A stretch of DNA of 63,307 bases, the filler included. It is 9 parts of 9 records of this genome, joined end to end, with 100 filler letters (N's around TTAATTAATTAA, not from the genome) between each part and the next. Parts side by side here need not be neighbours in the genome. Positions count along the whole stretch, not along the records: positions 18,450 to 34,790 come from SRR20825010_7115; positions 34,891 to 38,140 come from SRR20825010_7117; positions 38,241 to 42,628 come from SRR20825010_7121; 6 more parts are not named here. One strand, written 5' to 3'. The translations under genes were made by a program, and so were the position numbers. The notes beneath the pieces were generated by a model. The model was not told the DNA's origin. It saw only the letters and a program-made list of their open reading frames with translations, and did no database searches. Positions within the stretch are counted from its first letter, which is position 1. Every line of letters starts with the position of its first letter. Shown here piece after piece: positions 32,416 through 42,728 of this stretch.

Positions 32416-33744
32416 TTATCTGTCAGCAGTTTCACCCGTTAAACCGGTTACAAGAACCGCACGGAAATCGTTAACGTTGGTCAGCGTCGGGCCGGTGACG
32501 ATACTGTCACCAAGTCGTTCGAAAAAACCATGCCCGTCATTTTGCGCCAGGGCCTCTGTGACACTTATCTCCATTGATTTCGCTCGCAACAGGGTATCTG
32601 GCGCGATAATGGCACCGGCAATTTCTTCGATCCCGTCAATACCGTCGGTATCTCCTGCGACAGCATGAACAGATGCTTCACCATTCAGCATTGCCGCAAG
32701 CGATAGCAGGAATTCCACATTCCGCCCGCCCCGACCGTTGCCACGCACCGTCACGGTTGTCTCTCCGCCCGACAACATCACGCATGGAACGGTAAACGGT
32801 TGTCCGTAACGCACCACCTGACGGGCAATTCCCCCGATCACACGCCCGACATCTCGGGCTTCGCCCTCTATGGCGTCCCCCAGAATATGGGCCGCAATAC
32901 CATATCCTCGCGCGACCTGTGCTGCGGCCTCCAGGGCCATTTGCGGGGTCGCTACCAGTATTGCCTCGGCCCGTGCCAAACGCGAATCTCCCGGCTTTAC
33001 GGTTTCGCTTTCACCCGATTGCAAAAGATCACGAATATGCCTCGGAATATCGATACCATAGCGGTTCAGGATCGCTAGGGCATCGGCACAACTTGTCGGA
33101 TCGGCGACAGTCGGGCCGGATGCAATATCCAGCGGATCATCCCCCGGCACGTCGGAAATCGCCAGCGTCACCACACGGGCGGGATGGCAGGCAGCAGCCA
33201 ACCGCCCACCCTTGATTGCCGAAAGGTGGCGACGTACACAGTTCATTTCGCTGATATTTGCACCCGATTTCAAAAGCGCACGTGAAATATCCTGTTTCTC
33301 CAGCAATGTTACCGGCGATAACGGATCGACCAGCAAGGCCGATCCGCCACCCGAAATCAGGCAGATCACCAGATCCTTTTCGCCTAGCCCCGAAACGAGT
33401 TCCCGAATACGCCTTGACGCGTCAACACCGGCAGCATCCGGAACCGGATGACCTGCTTCGATGATGGTGATTGCTTCCGTTGGCACGGCGTGACCATAAC
33501 GGGTCACGACAATACCTTCGAGCGGCCGCCCCCAATGTGCCTCAACCGCACGGGCCATTTTGGCCGCCGCCTTGCCCGCACCGATCACGACCGTACGCCC
33601 ATCTCGGGGCGGGACGGGCAAAAAGCGCGGAACGCAATGGTCCGGATCCGCGGCACGGATGGCCGCATCAAACATCTCCCGAAGCAGCGCACGTGCCCCG
33701 GCATCAGTGAAAACATCTGGTATTTTACGTTCCGCCATTGTCAT
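32416..33744 (-). CDS. ttuD: Glycerate 2-kinase (MOFRL family)
   Basis: GAGKAA, ISGGGSAL, SDVPGDD, SGGETTV, GGRN, TGPTLTNVND. Confidence 0.9.
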   Translation of the reverse strand: MTMAERKIPDVFTDAGARALLREMFDAAIRAADPDHCVPRFLPVPPRDGRTVVIGAGKAAAKMARAVEAHWGRPLEGIVVTRYGHAVPTEAITIIEAGHPVPDAAGVDASRRIRELVSGLGEKDLVICLISGGGSALLVDPLSPVTLLEKQDISRALLKSGANISEMNCVRRHLSAIKGGRLAAACHPARVVTLAISDVPGDDPLDIASGPTVADPTSCADALAILNRYGIDIPRHIRDLLQSGESETVKPGDSRLARAEAILVATPQMALEAAAQVARGYGIAAHILGDAIEGEARDVGRVIGGIARQVVRYGQPFTVPCVMLSGGETTVTVRGNGRGGRNVEFLLSLAAMLNGEASVHAVAGDTDGIDGIEEIAGAIIAPDTLLRAKSMEISVTEALAQNDGHGFFERLGDSIVTGPTLTNVNDFRAVLVTGLTGETADR

Positions 33745-33751
33745 ACGCCGA

Positions 33752-34790
33752 TCAAAGATTGTCGCCATGAATGGCCGCAATCACCGCATCCGTCACCTGA
33801 CGTGTCGTGGCCTTGCCGCCAAGATCAGGTGTGTGCAACAGCGGATCGGCTGTAACGCGTTCCACGGCACGCATCAGGCGCGCCGATGCTGCCACCTCGC
33901 CCAGATGATCAAGCATCATGACCGCGCTCCAGAAAGTCGCCACCGGGTTGGCAATCCCTTTACCGGTAATATCGAAAGCCGAACCATGGATGGGCTCGAA
34001 CATCGACGGAAACTTTCCTTCGGGATTAAGATTTGCCGTCGGGGCAATGCCAAGCGATCCGGCCAAGGCCGCCGCAAGGTCCGACAGAATATCGGCATGC
34101 AGGTTGGTCGCAACGATGGTATCGAGCGTTTCGGGGCGCAGGGTCATACGCATGGTCATCGCGTCAACCAGCATCTTGTCCCATTGGACATCGGGATATT
34201 CTATTGCAACTTCGGCTGCGATTTCATCCCACATGACCATGCCATTGCGCTGTGCATTTGATTTGGTAACCACAGTCAGTTGCTTGCGCTTGCGCGACCG
34301 CGCCAGATCAAAGGCAAACCGCATGATACGCGTGACACCTGCCCGGGTGAAAATCGAAACTTCGGTTGCGACCTCTTCGGGCAACCCGACATGCGAACGT
34401 CCCCCCTGTCCGGCATATTCGCCTTCGGAATTTTCACGGACGATCACCCAGTCAAGCTCGCTTTGTTTCACATTGCGAAGCGGACTTTCGATCCCCGGAA
34501 GAATGCGGGTCGGTCGAACATTGGCGTATTGGTCAAACGGCTGACAAATCGCAAGCCTCAAGCCCCAAAGCGTTACATGGTCCGGTACATCCGGTGCCCC
34601 GACAGCCCCGAAATAGATGGCATCATGGTTCCGGATCTGCTCGCGCCCGTCAGCTGGCATCATGACACCATGTTTCTTGTAATAGTCCGATCCCCAATCG
34701 AAGCTATCGAACGTCACATTGAAACCGCCATCGCGCTTTGCCAATACGTCAAGGACTTCGACACCGGCCGCAACAACCTCTTTACCGATC
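33752..34790 (-). CDS. ttuC: Tartrate dehydrogenase paralog (copy 2), 5' truncated
   Basis: PDHVTLWG, RENSEGEY, TKSNAQ, NLHADILSD, EPIHGSAFDI. Confidence 0.85.
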
Positions 34791-34890
34791 NNNNNNNNNN
34801 NNNNNNNNNNNNNNNNNNNNNNNNNNNNNNNNNNTTAATTAATTAANNNNNNNNNNNNNNNNNNNNNNNNNNNNNNNNNNNNNNNNNNNN

Positions 34891-34935
34891 ATTCCGATCA
34901 TGCTGCCTGATGAAGCCCGCCCGATCGAAGATTAA
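34891..34935 (+). CDS. C-terminus of a Trm112-like (UPF0434) protein
   Basis: Hand translation IPIMLPDEARPIED*. Confidence 0.65.
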   Translation: MPIMLPDEARPIED

Positions 34936-34950
34936 GGCAAGGCACATCGC

Positions 34951-35331
34951 ATGTCACAGGACGGCTTCACACCGGAATTCACCCCCGTTGAAATCAACTA
35001 TTTGCGCGATGACCGCATTCTTGAGGTCGTGTGGGATGACGGCGTTTCAACGCGTCTGAGTGCTGAATTGCTGCGGGTTGAAAGCCCGTCCGCCGAAGTT
35101 CAGGGCCATCACCCAAGCGAAAAGAAAATCATCGCCGGACGCCGCCATGTCGGGATCATGGATATTGTCCCGGTTGGCAATTATGCCGTGCGGATCAGTT
35201 TTGATGATTTGCATGATAGCGGGCTTTATAGCTGGCAATACCTGCGTGAATTGCACAGCACGAAAGACACGTTGTGGGCCGATTATCTTGCCGCCCTTGA
35301 CGCGCGTGGCCTGTCACGCGATCCGGCCTAA
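34951..35331 (+). CDS. DUF971 (gamma-butyrobetaine hydroxylase N-terminal-like) protein
   Basis: AELLRVESPSAEVQGH, VGNYAV, FDDLHDSGLYSW. Confidence 0.9.
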   Translation: MSQDGFTPEFTPVEINYLRDDRILEVVWDDGVSTRLSAELLRVESPSAEVQGHHPSEKKIIAGRRHVGIMDIVPVGNYAVRISFDDLHDSGLYSWQYLRELHSTKDTLWADYLAALDARGLSRDPA

Positions 35332-35440
35332 CGGCATTTCAGTTAAATCACGTTCTGTGTCTCAGACTAAAACGGCCCCACCAAAGGCAGGGCCGCTTTA
35401 AAATCGGTTGCCGACAGCGTAAAACGCCGCTTAGCCGACC

Positions 35441-36091
35441 TTAGAACCGATAGCCGACACCAACACCGAACAGCCACGGGTCAAGGTCTGCTTTTGCATT
35501 TACCGCGCCGTTATTTACCGAAACATCGGTGCTGAGATAGATCTTTTTGACATCCACATTCAATGACCATGGACCGGAAATGGCATAATCAAAGCCAGCC
35601 TGAAAAGCATAGCCAAAGCCATCGTCATACTTGACCGAGTTGAACTGGCCCGGCTTTGAATCATAGAAAAACGTATAATTGATACCAGCGCCGATATAAG
35701 GGCTAAAGCGCTGATCCGCCATAAAGTGATATTGTGCGGTCAATGTTGGCGGCAACAAGCGAACACTGCCAAGATCCTTGCCGTCGTTCCAGGTGACATC
35801 ATGCTTGGATGTGCCTGCAATCAGCTCAAGCGCAATGTTGTCGGTGATGAAGTAAGAAAAATCCACCTCGGGAATAACGTCGTTATCAACGCGGCCTTCA
35901 CCGGCCAGTGTATTGCTGTCGATATCTTCATCGGGCACGACGCCCAATACGCGGCCACGGATAAGAATATCACCCGCCTGCTTGGTCTTGAACTCTGCGT
36001 CCTGTGCCTGTGCTGCGCCACCCACAAGCATGGTTGCACCCAAAATTGCCACCACGGCAGCTGCCGACATCCGTTTATGGGAAAATGTCAT
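35441..36091 (-). CDS. ompW: OmpW outer membrane protein
   Basis: Signal peptide, LLPPTLTAQYHF, PYIGAGINYT, C-terminal GYRF. Confidence 0.93.
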   Translation of the reverse strand: MTFSHKRMSAAAVVAILGATMLVGGAAQAQDAEFKTKQAGDILIRGRVLGVVPDEDIDSNTLAGEGRVDNDVIPEVDFSYFITDNIALELIAGTSKHDVTWNDGKDLGSVRLLPPTLTAQYHFMADQRFSPYIGAGINYTFFYDSKPGQFNSVKYDDGFGYAFQAGFDYAISGPWSLNVDVKKIYLSTDVSVNNGAVNAKADLDPWLFGVGVGYRF

Positions 36092-36155
36092 GTCCTAATC
36101 CCCTGTCATTAAATTGAACTCGCGGGGAAACTGCGCCTAAGCCTTTGCTGACTTG

Positions 36156-36169
36156 TTGACACATATCAA
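36156..36169. promoter_or_regulatory. FNR/FixK box upstream of ompW
   Basis: TTGACACATATCAA compared with consensus TTGAT-N4-ATCAA. Confidence 0.75.
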
Positions 36170-36317
36170 CAAAGGTCGACGAAAAACGACATGATTTTGA
36201 ACGGTTTTAACTGACCGGCGATCATAAACCATCTACGCGCTCTGAATTTCCTGAAATTCGCCGTCTGCGCACATTTTAATCACAACGACTGACAGAGCAG
36301 CCTTTAGCCCAAACCGG

Positions 36318-37541
36318 TCAGAGAGATTTTCCCTGCATCAATTTGGGCAAGGTTCCGGCATAGCCCATGGCATGGGACATAAATGTCTTTTTAAGGGGTG
36401 GGATTTTCTGAACCACGGCCAGCCCGATATCGCGCGCCCAACGGATCAGGGCGATATCGTTGGAAAACAGCCGATTGGTCAAATCGGTGACCGCCAGCAT
36501 CACGGTATTATCGAACCGGCGCCATTGTTCATATTCGGCCAAAACATCCGTGCTTCCGATATCGCGGCCAAGACGGCGCGCATTGACCAGAATTTCGGCC
36601 AGAACCGCGACATCGCGAATGCCCATATTAAGCCCCTGACCTGCAATCGGATGCATCCCGTGCGCCGCATCGCCAATCAGGGCAATCCGGTCATCTGTGT
36701 AGTGATAGGCATGCTGCAGCCCCAACGGATAGCAAAAACGCGGACCAACAACTTCGAGATCGCCAAGATAGCCATCAAAGCGACGGTGCAATTCATCGAC
36801 AAAGGTTTCTTCATCAAGATTGACCAGATAATTGCCAAGCTCTGTGCTTTCGGTCCAGACGATAGAGCAGCGATTATCCGTCATTGGCAGAATGGCAAAC
36901 GGCCCAGCAGGCAGGAAATGCTCAACGGCCAAGCCATTATGGGGCTGTTTGTGCTTTACCGTGCAGACCACCGCACTTTGTTTATAGGCCCACTGATAGG
37001 TTTTGATCCCCGCCCAGTCCCGCAACATCGAATTACGGCCTTCGGCACCAACGGCAAGCGGTGCACGGATGGATTGGCCATCGGCAAGCCTTATGGTCAC
37101 ACCACCCTGATCACGGGCGATTTCATCAACCCGTGCCGGGGCAATCATTTCAACCAGATCGTTTTGGGCAATCGCACGATAAAGCGCACCACGGGTAACA
37201 AGGTTTTCAACGATATAACCCAGTGGCTCGTCACCAAGATCATGATGGTCATAATGGAGGAAAAGCGGGCTTTTGCCGTCTGCAATCCGGATATCCAGGA
37301 TCGGCTCGGCCGCATCGGCCATGTTTTTCCAAGCACCAATAACGTCCAATACGGATTTCGAGGCCGCGGCAATCGCACAGGTCCGACCATCATAATTGGC
37401 ACTCAGGATGGTTTTGGGATCGGCATAGTCAATCACCACCGACTTCATACCGCCATGGGCAAGGGCAAGCGCCATCGCCGCACCGTTCAACCCACCGCCC
37501 AGAATAACGACATCGGTATGAAGTGCCTGCTGATCCTGCAT
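36318..37541 (-). CDS. UbiH/UbiL-type FAD ubiquinone hydroxylase
   Basis: GGGLNG, GAEGRNS, GDAAHGMHPIAGQGLNMG; likely start MQDQQ. Confidence 0.9.
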   Translation of the reverse strand: MQDQQALHTDVVILGGGLNGAAMALALAHGGMKSVVIDYADPKTILSANYDGRTCAIAAASKSVLDVIGAWKNMADAAEPILDIRIADGKSPLFLHYDHHDLGDEPLGYIVENLVTRGALYRAIAQNDLVEMIAPARVDEIARDQGGVTIRLADGQSIRAPLAVGAEGRNSMLRDWAGIKTYQWAYKQSAVVCTVKHKQPHNGLAVEHFLPAGPFAILPMTDNRCSIVWTESTELGNYLVNLDEETFVDELHRRFDGYLGDLEVVGPRFCYPLGLQHAYHYTDDRIALIGDAAHGMHPIAGQGLNMGIRDVAVLAEILVNARRLGRDIGSTDVLAEYEQWRRFDNTVMLAVTDLTNRLFSNDIALIRWARDIGLAVVQKIPPLKKTFMSHAMGYAGTLPKLMQGKSL

Positions 37542-38057
37542 TTCGCAAATTCCTGTTTGGTCATGGCCTTGGTCGCGGCCCTGGTCAATGATCCCGGTCT
37601 TACGCCAGTTGATCGCGTTTACACGTTGATCTGACGCAAGAAGCCCGCACAATTGATACTGCCCATCTTTACCCCGCTCCGTACGGGACGACAACCCGCA
37701 CCGATCATTCGGTAAGGCAAATCTTCAACCTTGTGAGACGGACATGCATCATCACGCACTTAAAGGTCGGTCCACGGGCCTGAAATGGCTTGAACACGCC
37801 GCGAACCAACCATGAACCAACCCGAATATTCCCCGGAGTTCGTACAAAGCACCGTTAAGCGCCTTATCCACACCCTTGAAGCACAACACCTTTTCCAACT
37901 TGTGTTTATTTGATTAAAAAATACGCACAATTTTTAAACAGAGGTAAATTCTGTGCATATTTTAATCCGGCGACCCGCGCAAAACGTCATCCCCCAACCA
38001 AAGCGATTATTCATTTTTTCCTTATTAATCAGATGATTAACAGTTTTATTTTGAGTC

Positions 38058-38072
38058 TGGCACGATTCTTGG
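38058..38072 (+). promoter_or_regulatory. Possible sigma-54 promoter for a gene beyond the contig end
   Basis: TGGCACGATTCTTGG (GG rather than GC at -12), followed by GGAGG near the contig end. Confidence 0.45.
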
Positions 38073-38240
38073 TTTGTGGGGTGAGACTGCGAAATCGTGA
38101 TTACCACGTTGGTACTCAACGGATATGCCGGGAGGTCGCANNNNNNNNNNNNNNNNNNNNNNNNNNNNNNNNNNNNNNNNNNNNTTAATTAATTAANNNN
38201 NNNNNNNNNNNNNNNNNNNNNNNNNNNNNNNNNNNNNNNN

Positions 38241-38270
38241 TCACAGGTTCAATCCCTGTCGCGCCCACCA
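38241..38270 (+). tRNA. 3' part of a tRNA-Val gene (5' part cut by contig start)
   Basis: T-arm ACAGG-TTCAATC-CCTGT and acceptor strand CGCGCCC-ACCA. Confidence 0.8.
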
Positions 38271-38583
38271 TTTTCCAGAATGATATCCAGTTTTCCGCGG
38301 CACTTATCCCCAGAATCCCTGTCCGGCCCGCAATGTCCGGGCCGGTTTCTGTTGCATGTCAGGGGCATAATCTGCCAGATTCCTATTGCTTTAAAAAAGC
38401 AACGAGGCCCGGAAAGGTTGCAGCCAATCCGGACCCCAATAGCAAGGCCGACGTCCATCCCTGTCAGGTAACGTCGGATTTGCGGAAAGACAGGCCGCTA
38501 AGCCATCCCCTTGCAAGGTAAGCTTACCGGCCTCGTCTTTCTCCTTCAACAACAAAGACAGGGAGAAAGGCTGATTATCCACG

Positions 38584-38793
38584 ATGGAGATCAGGATCAC
38601 TGTTGTGCCGAACCGGCGATCGCCAAAGGTTTCGGAGGAAATGGCCGGACGTATCCGCGCGCTTTATCGATTAGGCTATACCCAGCACGACATCGCTGCA
38701 CTGCTTGGCGTCAACCAAGGCCGCGTGTCAGAGGTGGTGCGGTGCAAAGTTCACCCGACAGTCCCACCAACCCAGGGCGACCTTTTCCAATAG
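38584..38793 (+). CDS. Small HTH protein (69 aa)
   Basis: GYTQHDIAALLGVNQGRVSEVV helix-turn-helix; purine-rich RBS upstream, hairpin terminator at 38802-38823. Confidence 0.75.
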   Translation: MEIRITVVPNRRSPKVSEEMAGRIRALYRLGYTQHDIAALLGVNQGRVSEVVRCKVHPTVPPTQGDLFQ

Positions 38794-39032
38794 TAGAGTC
38801 CCCGGCCCGCTTAGGCGGGCCGGTTTGTTCACCCGATCATCCCCGCGTTAGATTCGCTGGCAGCGGCTCAATGTTCTGAAGGATGATCGCCTCACCCACT
38901 TTGCGGCCCTCGCCGCCGTGCAGGGTTTAGGTCGGCCGTACATCGACGAAGCGAGTTCATGAAAACAGATCCCACGCCTCGGGGCGGTCATTGAGCGATA
39001 GGACACCGACCGGGATCTTAGCTACCCTCCCA

Positions 39033-39081
39033 GCCTTCACATGGCAGTGGGTCACAGGTTCAACCCCTGTCGCGCCCACCA
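39033..39081 (+). pseudogene. Displaced tRNA-Val(CAC) 3' half (att remnant)
   Basis: GCC-TTCACAT-GGC anticodon loop, T-arm and CCA; no D-arm or 5' acceptor strand. Confidence 0.75.
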
Positions 39082-39148
39082 TTTTCCAGGAATGACATCA
39101 ACGACTCGCCTGCCGCCTCATGTCGGCCTCCGGCATTGATGGCAAGCA

Positions 39149-40504
39149 TCAGCCGGCCAGTCGGTCCTCGATGATCTGCGCCGCGTTGAGCCCGCTCTGG
39201 TAGGCGCCGTGGACGGTGGCGTGGTACTCGAAATTGGTGTGCTCGCCGGCAAGCAGGATTGTATCGGCGATGGGTGTCGCCAGGTCGTCGAAATGCTTCG
39301 GCTGCGCGCCGACCGCGCTGTAGGAATAGGCGCCCCGGCTGTTGGGGTTTTTCGACCAGCGCGTGGCGAGATGGCCCGACGGCTCCGGGACATCGGCGCC
39401 GAACATGGTGCGGACGGCATCCATGCAGTCCGCCACCATCGCGGCGTCGTCCATCGCCTCGACCTTCCGGGCATAATCGCCGACACACAGCCCGAGCAGG
39501 ATGTTTTCCTCGCTGAACGTGCGGTAGTTGAGGAAATAGTTCCAGCGGCCGCGGGCTTCAGTCATCAGGCCGAAATACTGGACATCCTCGGGCCAGTGGG
39601 CCTTGTCGAACTTGAGCGCCAGCTTGGTCACATTGCCCATGCCGATCTTCTCGATGCCGCGGCGATGGGTTTTCGGCAGCGGCGGGTCGAACCGGACGTC
39701 GCCGGCCTTGAGCACGCCAAGCGGCACCGTGCAGATCACGAAACTCGATTCGAAATCCCCCGCATCGGTGGAGACGACGGCGCCCTCGCCCTTCTCGTAG
39801 GCAACGGCGGTGACACGGGTGTTGAACCGGATGTCGAGGCCCCGCGCCATCGGTTTGACGATGGCATCGTATCCCGCGGCCAGCACCACATCCTCGCCCG
39901 GATAGACGCCGTCCTCGTCGAAGTAATAGGCCGAAAGCTTGTCGATCGGCCCGCCGGTCGAGAACTCGGTATAGGCCGACGTCATCCAGTTGACGATCGG
40001 GTCGGACTTGAGCTTGCCGCCCATCCGCGAGATCGCCTTTGAAAGCGCCATGTCCGAATCGAGTTCGTCGTCGATTGCCGCGTAGAGCCTTTCCAGCCGC
40101 TTGTAGCCCGCCACGATGTCAGCGTCGGCTACCGGCTCGCCATTCGCCGCGAAGGCAAGGAAACTGTCGTCGTCGGTGACGAACGGCCCTGCATCGACCG
40201 CTTCGGCGAGCGCCGAAACCGGGTTGCCGTCCGGGCCGTGGATCCAGCCCGCACCGACCTCGAACGGCGCGCCAAGCGTCCAGTCGGTGCGGACACGCCC
40301 GCCGGCAATGCCGTCCGCCTCTATAACGATGGTCTCGTATCCCAGTTCGACCAGGCGCTGCGCGGCGGCGAGCCCGGCGATTCCGGCCCCGATGACGATG
40401 ACATCCACATCGGCGATCGCCGCCCTGGTTGTACGCGGCCGCAGGATCGGCAACGCGGCCGTGCCGAGAAGGCCTGCCTTGAGGAGGTGGCGGCGCGAAA
40501 TCAT
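39149..40504 (-). CDS. Tat-exported flavin amine oxidase (monoamine/polyamine oxidase family)
   Basis: MISRRHLLKAG twin-arginine signal, GAGIAGL, GGRV, GAGWIHG, RGAYSY, AGEHT, TVHGAY. Confidence 0.88.
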   Translation of the reverse strand: MISRRHLLKAGLLGTAALPILRPRTTRAAIADVDVIVIGAGIAGLAAAQRLVELGYETIVIEADGIAGGRVRTDWTLGAPFEVGAGWIHGPDGNPVSALAEAVDAGPFVTDDDSFLAFAANGEPVADADIVAGYKRLERLYAAIDDELDSDMALSKAISRMGGKLKSDPIVNWMTSAYTEFSTGGPIDKLSAYYFDEDGVYPGEDVVLAAGYDAIVKPMARGLDIRFNTRVTAVAYEKGEGAVVSTDAGDFESSFVICTVPLGVLKAGDVRFDPPLPKTHRRGIEKIGMGNVTKLALKFDKAHWPEDVQYFGLMTEARGRWNYFLNYRTFSEENILLGLCVGDYARKVEAMDDAAMVADCMDAVRTMFGADVPEPSGHLATRWSKNPNSRGAYSYSAVGAQPKHFDDLATPIADTILLAGEHTNFEYHATVHGAYQSGLNAAQIIEDRLAG

Positions 40505-40895
40505 GGGGTTTTCTCCTCGAAAGAACAGCGTTGGCCAATGGTAGCGTCGACACCGGGCCCTGGATAGGGGCCGCCTGCCGCGGGCGCCGGTTCTGTGCCC
40601 CCCGCCCCCGAATCGACGCGGCGCATCGGCCCGAATCGACGCCGCCAACCGGTCCCGGCCTCACCCTCCGACACCGGAAGCCGGGGGTTTGCCACAGACT
40701 TGAGCCGGCTAACATCTTAGCTATTGCGGAAACCGTCAAAAAGGGATTGGATCGCCTGCGGGAGCAGTGCGGTTGCTGCTGTCATCCCACCGTCATCGAC
40801 GGCGCTTAGGTGCTTACGTCCCGGTGACCAGTCACCCGAGGCCGCATCGTGCGGATAATAATCAATCCGCTTCGGCGGAAACAGGAGCGTTCGAA

Positions 40896-42008
40896 ATGTC
40901 GAGACTTCAAAAGCTTGGCGTGGTGCTTGCCACCACCACAGCCTTCACAATGAACTTTGCCGGCGCGGCCTTCAGCCAGAACATGGACGAGCTCGTCGCA
41001 GCCGCCAAGGCCGAAGGCATGCTCACCACCATCGCGCTGCCGCACAGCTGGTGCGGCTATGGCGAGGTGATCGCCGGATTCAAGGCGAAGTACCCCGAGA
41101 TCACCGTCAATGAGCTCAACCCCGACGCCGGCTCCGCCGACGAAGTCGAGGCCATCAAGGCGAACAAGGACAACAAGGGTCCGCAGGCGCCGGACGTCGT
41201 TGACGTCGGTCTCGCCTTCGGTCCGCAGATGAAGGCCGAAGGCCTGCTGCAGCCCTACAAGGTCTCCACCTGGGACGAAATTCCGGACTCCATCAAGGAT
41301 GCCGACGGCTACTGGTATGGCGACTATTACGGCGTGATGTCGTTCCTGGTGAACAAGGATCTCGTGGCCAACACGCCCGCCGACTGGTCCGACCTGCTGA
41401 AGCCGGAATATGCCGGCCAGGTGGCGCTTGCCGGTGATCCGCGCGCATCCAACCAGGCGATCCTGGCCACTCTGGCCGCTGGTCTGGCAAATGGCGGCGC
41501 CGCAGGCAAGGAAGCCGGCGAAAAGGGCCTCGAGTTCTTCGCAGAGCTCAACAAGGCCGGCAACTTCGTCCCCGTGATCGGCAAGGCCGGCACGCTGGCC
41601 CAGGGTGCAACCCCGATCGTCGCCATGTGGGACTACAATGCGCTGTCCGCCAAGGACACGCTCGCCGGCAACCCGCCGGTCGAGGTCGTGGTTCCGGCTT
41701 CCGGCGTCCTCGCCGGCGTCTATGTGCAGGGCATCTCGGCCTACGCGCCGCACCCCAACGCCGCCAAGCTGTGGATGGAGTATCTCTACTCCGATGAAGG
41801 CCAGCTCGGCTGGCTGAAGGGCTATTGCCACCCGGCCCGCTTCAACGCCATGGTCAAGGACGGCAAGGTCCCGCAGGAACTGCTCGACGCGCTGCCGCCG
41901 GCTGAATCCTACGAGAAGGCCTACTTCCCCACACTCGAGGAAGTCGACGCCAACAAGGCCGCTGTCGTTGCCGGATGGGACGCCGTCGTCGGCGCCAACG
42001 TTCAGTAA
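40896..42008 (+). CDS. ABC substrate-binding protein (PotD/AfuA-like cluster)
   Basis: Signal peptide, APDVVDVG, WSDLLKPEY, APHPNAAKLWMEYL; AGGAG RBS. Confidence 0.88.
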   Translation: MSRLQKLGVVLATTTAFTMNFAGAAFSQNMDELVAAAKAEGMLTTIALPHSWCGYGEVIAGFKAKYPEITVNELNPDAGSADEVEAIKANKDNKGPQAPDVVDVGLAFGPQMKAEGLLQPYKVSTWDEIPDSIKDADGYWYGDYYGVMSFLVNKDLVANTPADWSDLLKPEYAGQVALAGDPRASNQAILATLAAGLANGGAAGKEAGEKGLEFFAELNKAGNFVPVIGKAGTLAQGATPIVAMWDYNALSAKDTLAGNPPVEVVVPASGVLAGVYVQGISAYAPHPNAAKLWMEYLYSDEGQLGWLKGYCHPARFNAMVKDGKVPQELLDALPPAESYEKAYFPTLEEVDANKAAVVAGWDAVVGANVQ

Positions 42009-42082
42009 CCTGACCGCCTGAACAACCGCCCCGCGGCCGCCGCGGGGCGGATCCTGTTTTCTGCTTGACCGAACATGGCCTG

Positions 42083-42628
42083 ATGACCGCGCAGCCCTCC
42101 CCCGACATCAAGACGCACAGGCCGGTGCCCTTAAAGGACAGGCTGCCGCTGCACTGGCTGGGACTTGTTCCCTTCGCGCTGTTTGTGGCGCTGTTCCTGC
42201 TGGCTCCGACCATGTACATCGTGGTGGGCGCGTTCCGCACCGTCGACGGCAGCTTCACCTTCGACAATCTGATCGGGCTCAACACCGCCTCGATCCGCTC
42301 GGCCTACTGGATTTCGATCAAGATCTCGCTGGCCTCGGCCTCGCTCGGTTGCCTCATCGGCTTCTGCATGGCAGCCGCGATGACGCTGGGCGGCCTGCCC
42401 AAGGTCATCCGCGGGCCGCTGCTGACCTTTTCCGGCGTCGCCTCCAATTTCGCCGGCGTGCCGCTGGCCTTCGCCTTTCTCGCCACCCTTGGCCCGATCG
42501 GCCTGGTGACGGTGTTCCTCAAGACCAACCTCGGCATCGACCTGCGCCTCATGGGCTTCAACATCCTGAGCTTCTGGGGCCTGACGATCACCTACCTGTT
42601 CTTCCAGATCCCGCTGATGATCCTGATC
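42083..42628 (+). CDS. ABC permease, 3' truncated
   Basis: Hydrophobic helices, SGVASNFAGVPLAFAF, follows the binding protein. Confidence 0.85.
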
Positions 42629-42728
42629 NNNNNNNNNNNNNNNNNNNNNNNNNNNNNNNNNNNNNNNNNNNNTTAATTAATTAANNNNNNNNNNNNNNNN
42701 NNNNNNNNNNNNNNNNNNNNNNNNNNNN

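Larger units (their letters stand above)
38241..39099 (+). mobile_element. Integrase-less mini genomic island bounded by tRNA 3' direct repeats
   Basis: About 47-nt direct repeat at 38241-38287 and 39052-39099 (two substitutions, one indel). Confidence 0.7.

Noticed and set aside
36372-37634. 420-aa plus-strand ORF (also 40806-41831, 39209-40042, 4011-4814, 49490-50332)
   Set aside because: Antisense shadows of well-supported genes, with no recognisable motifs
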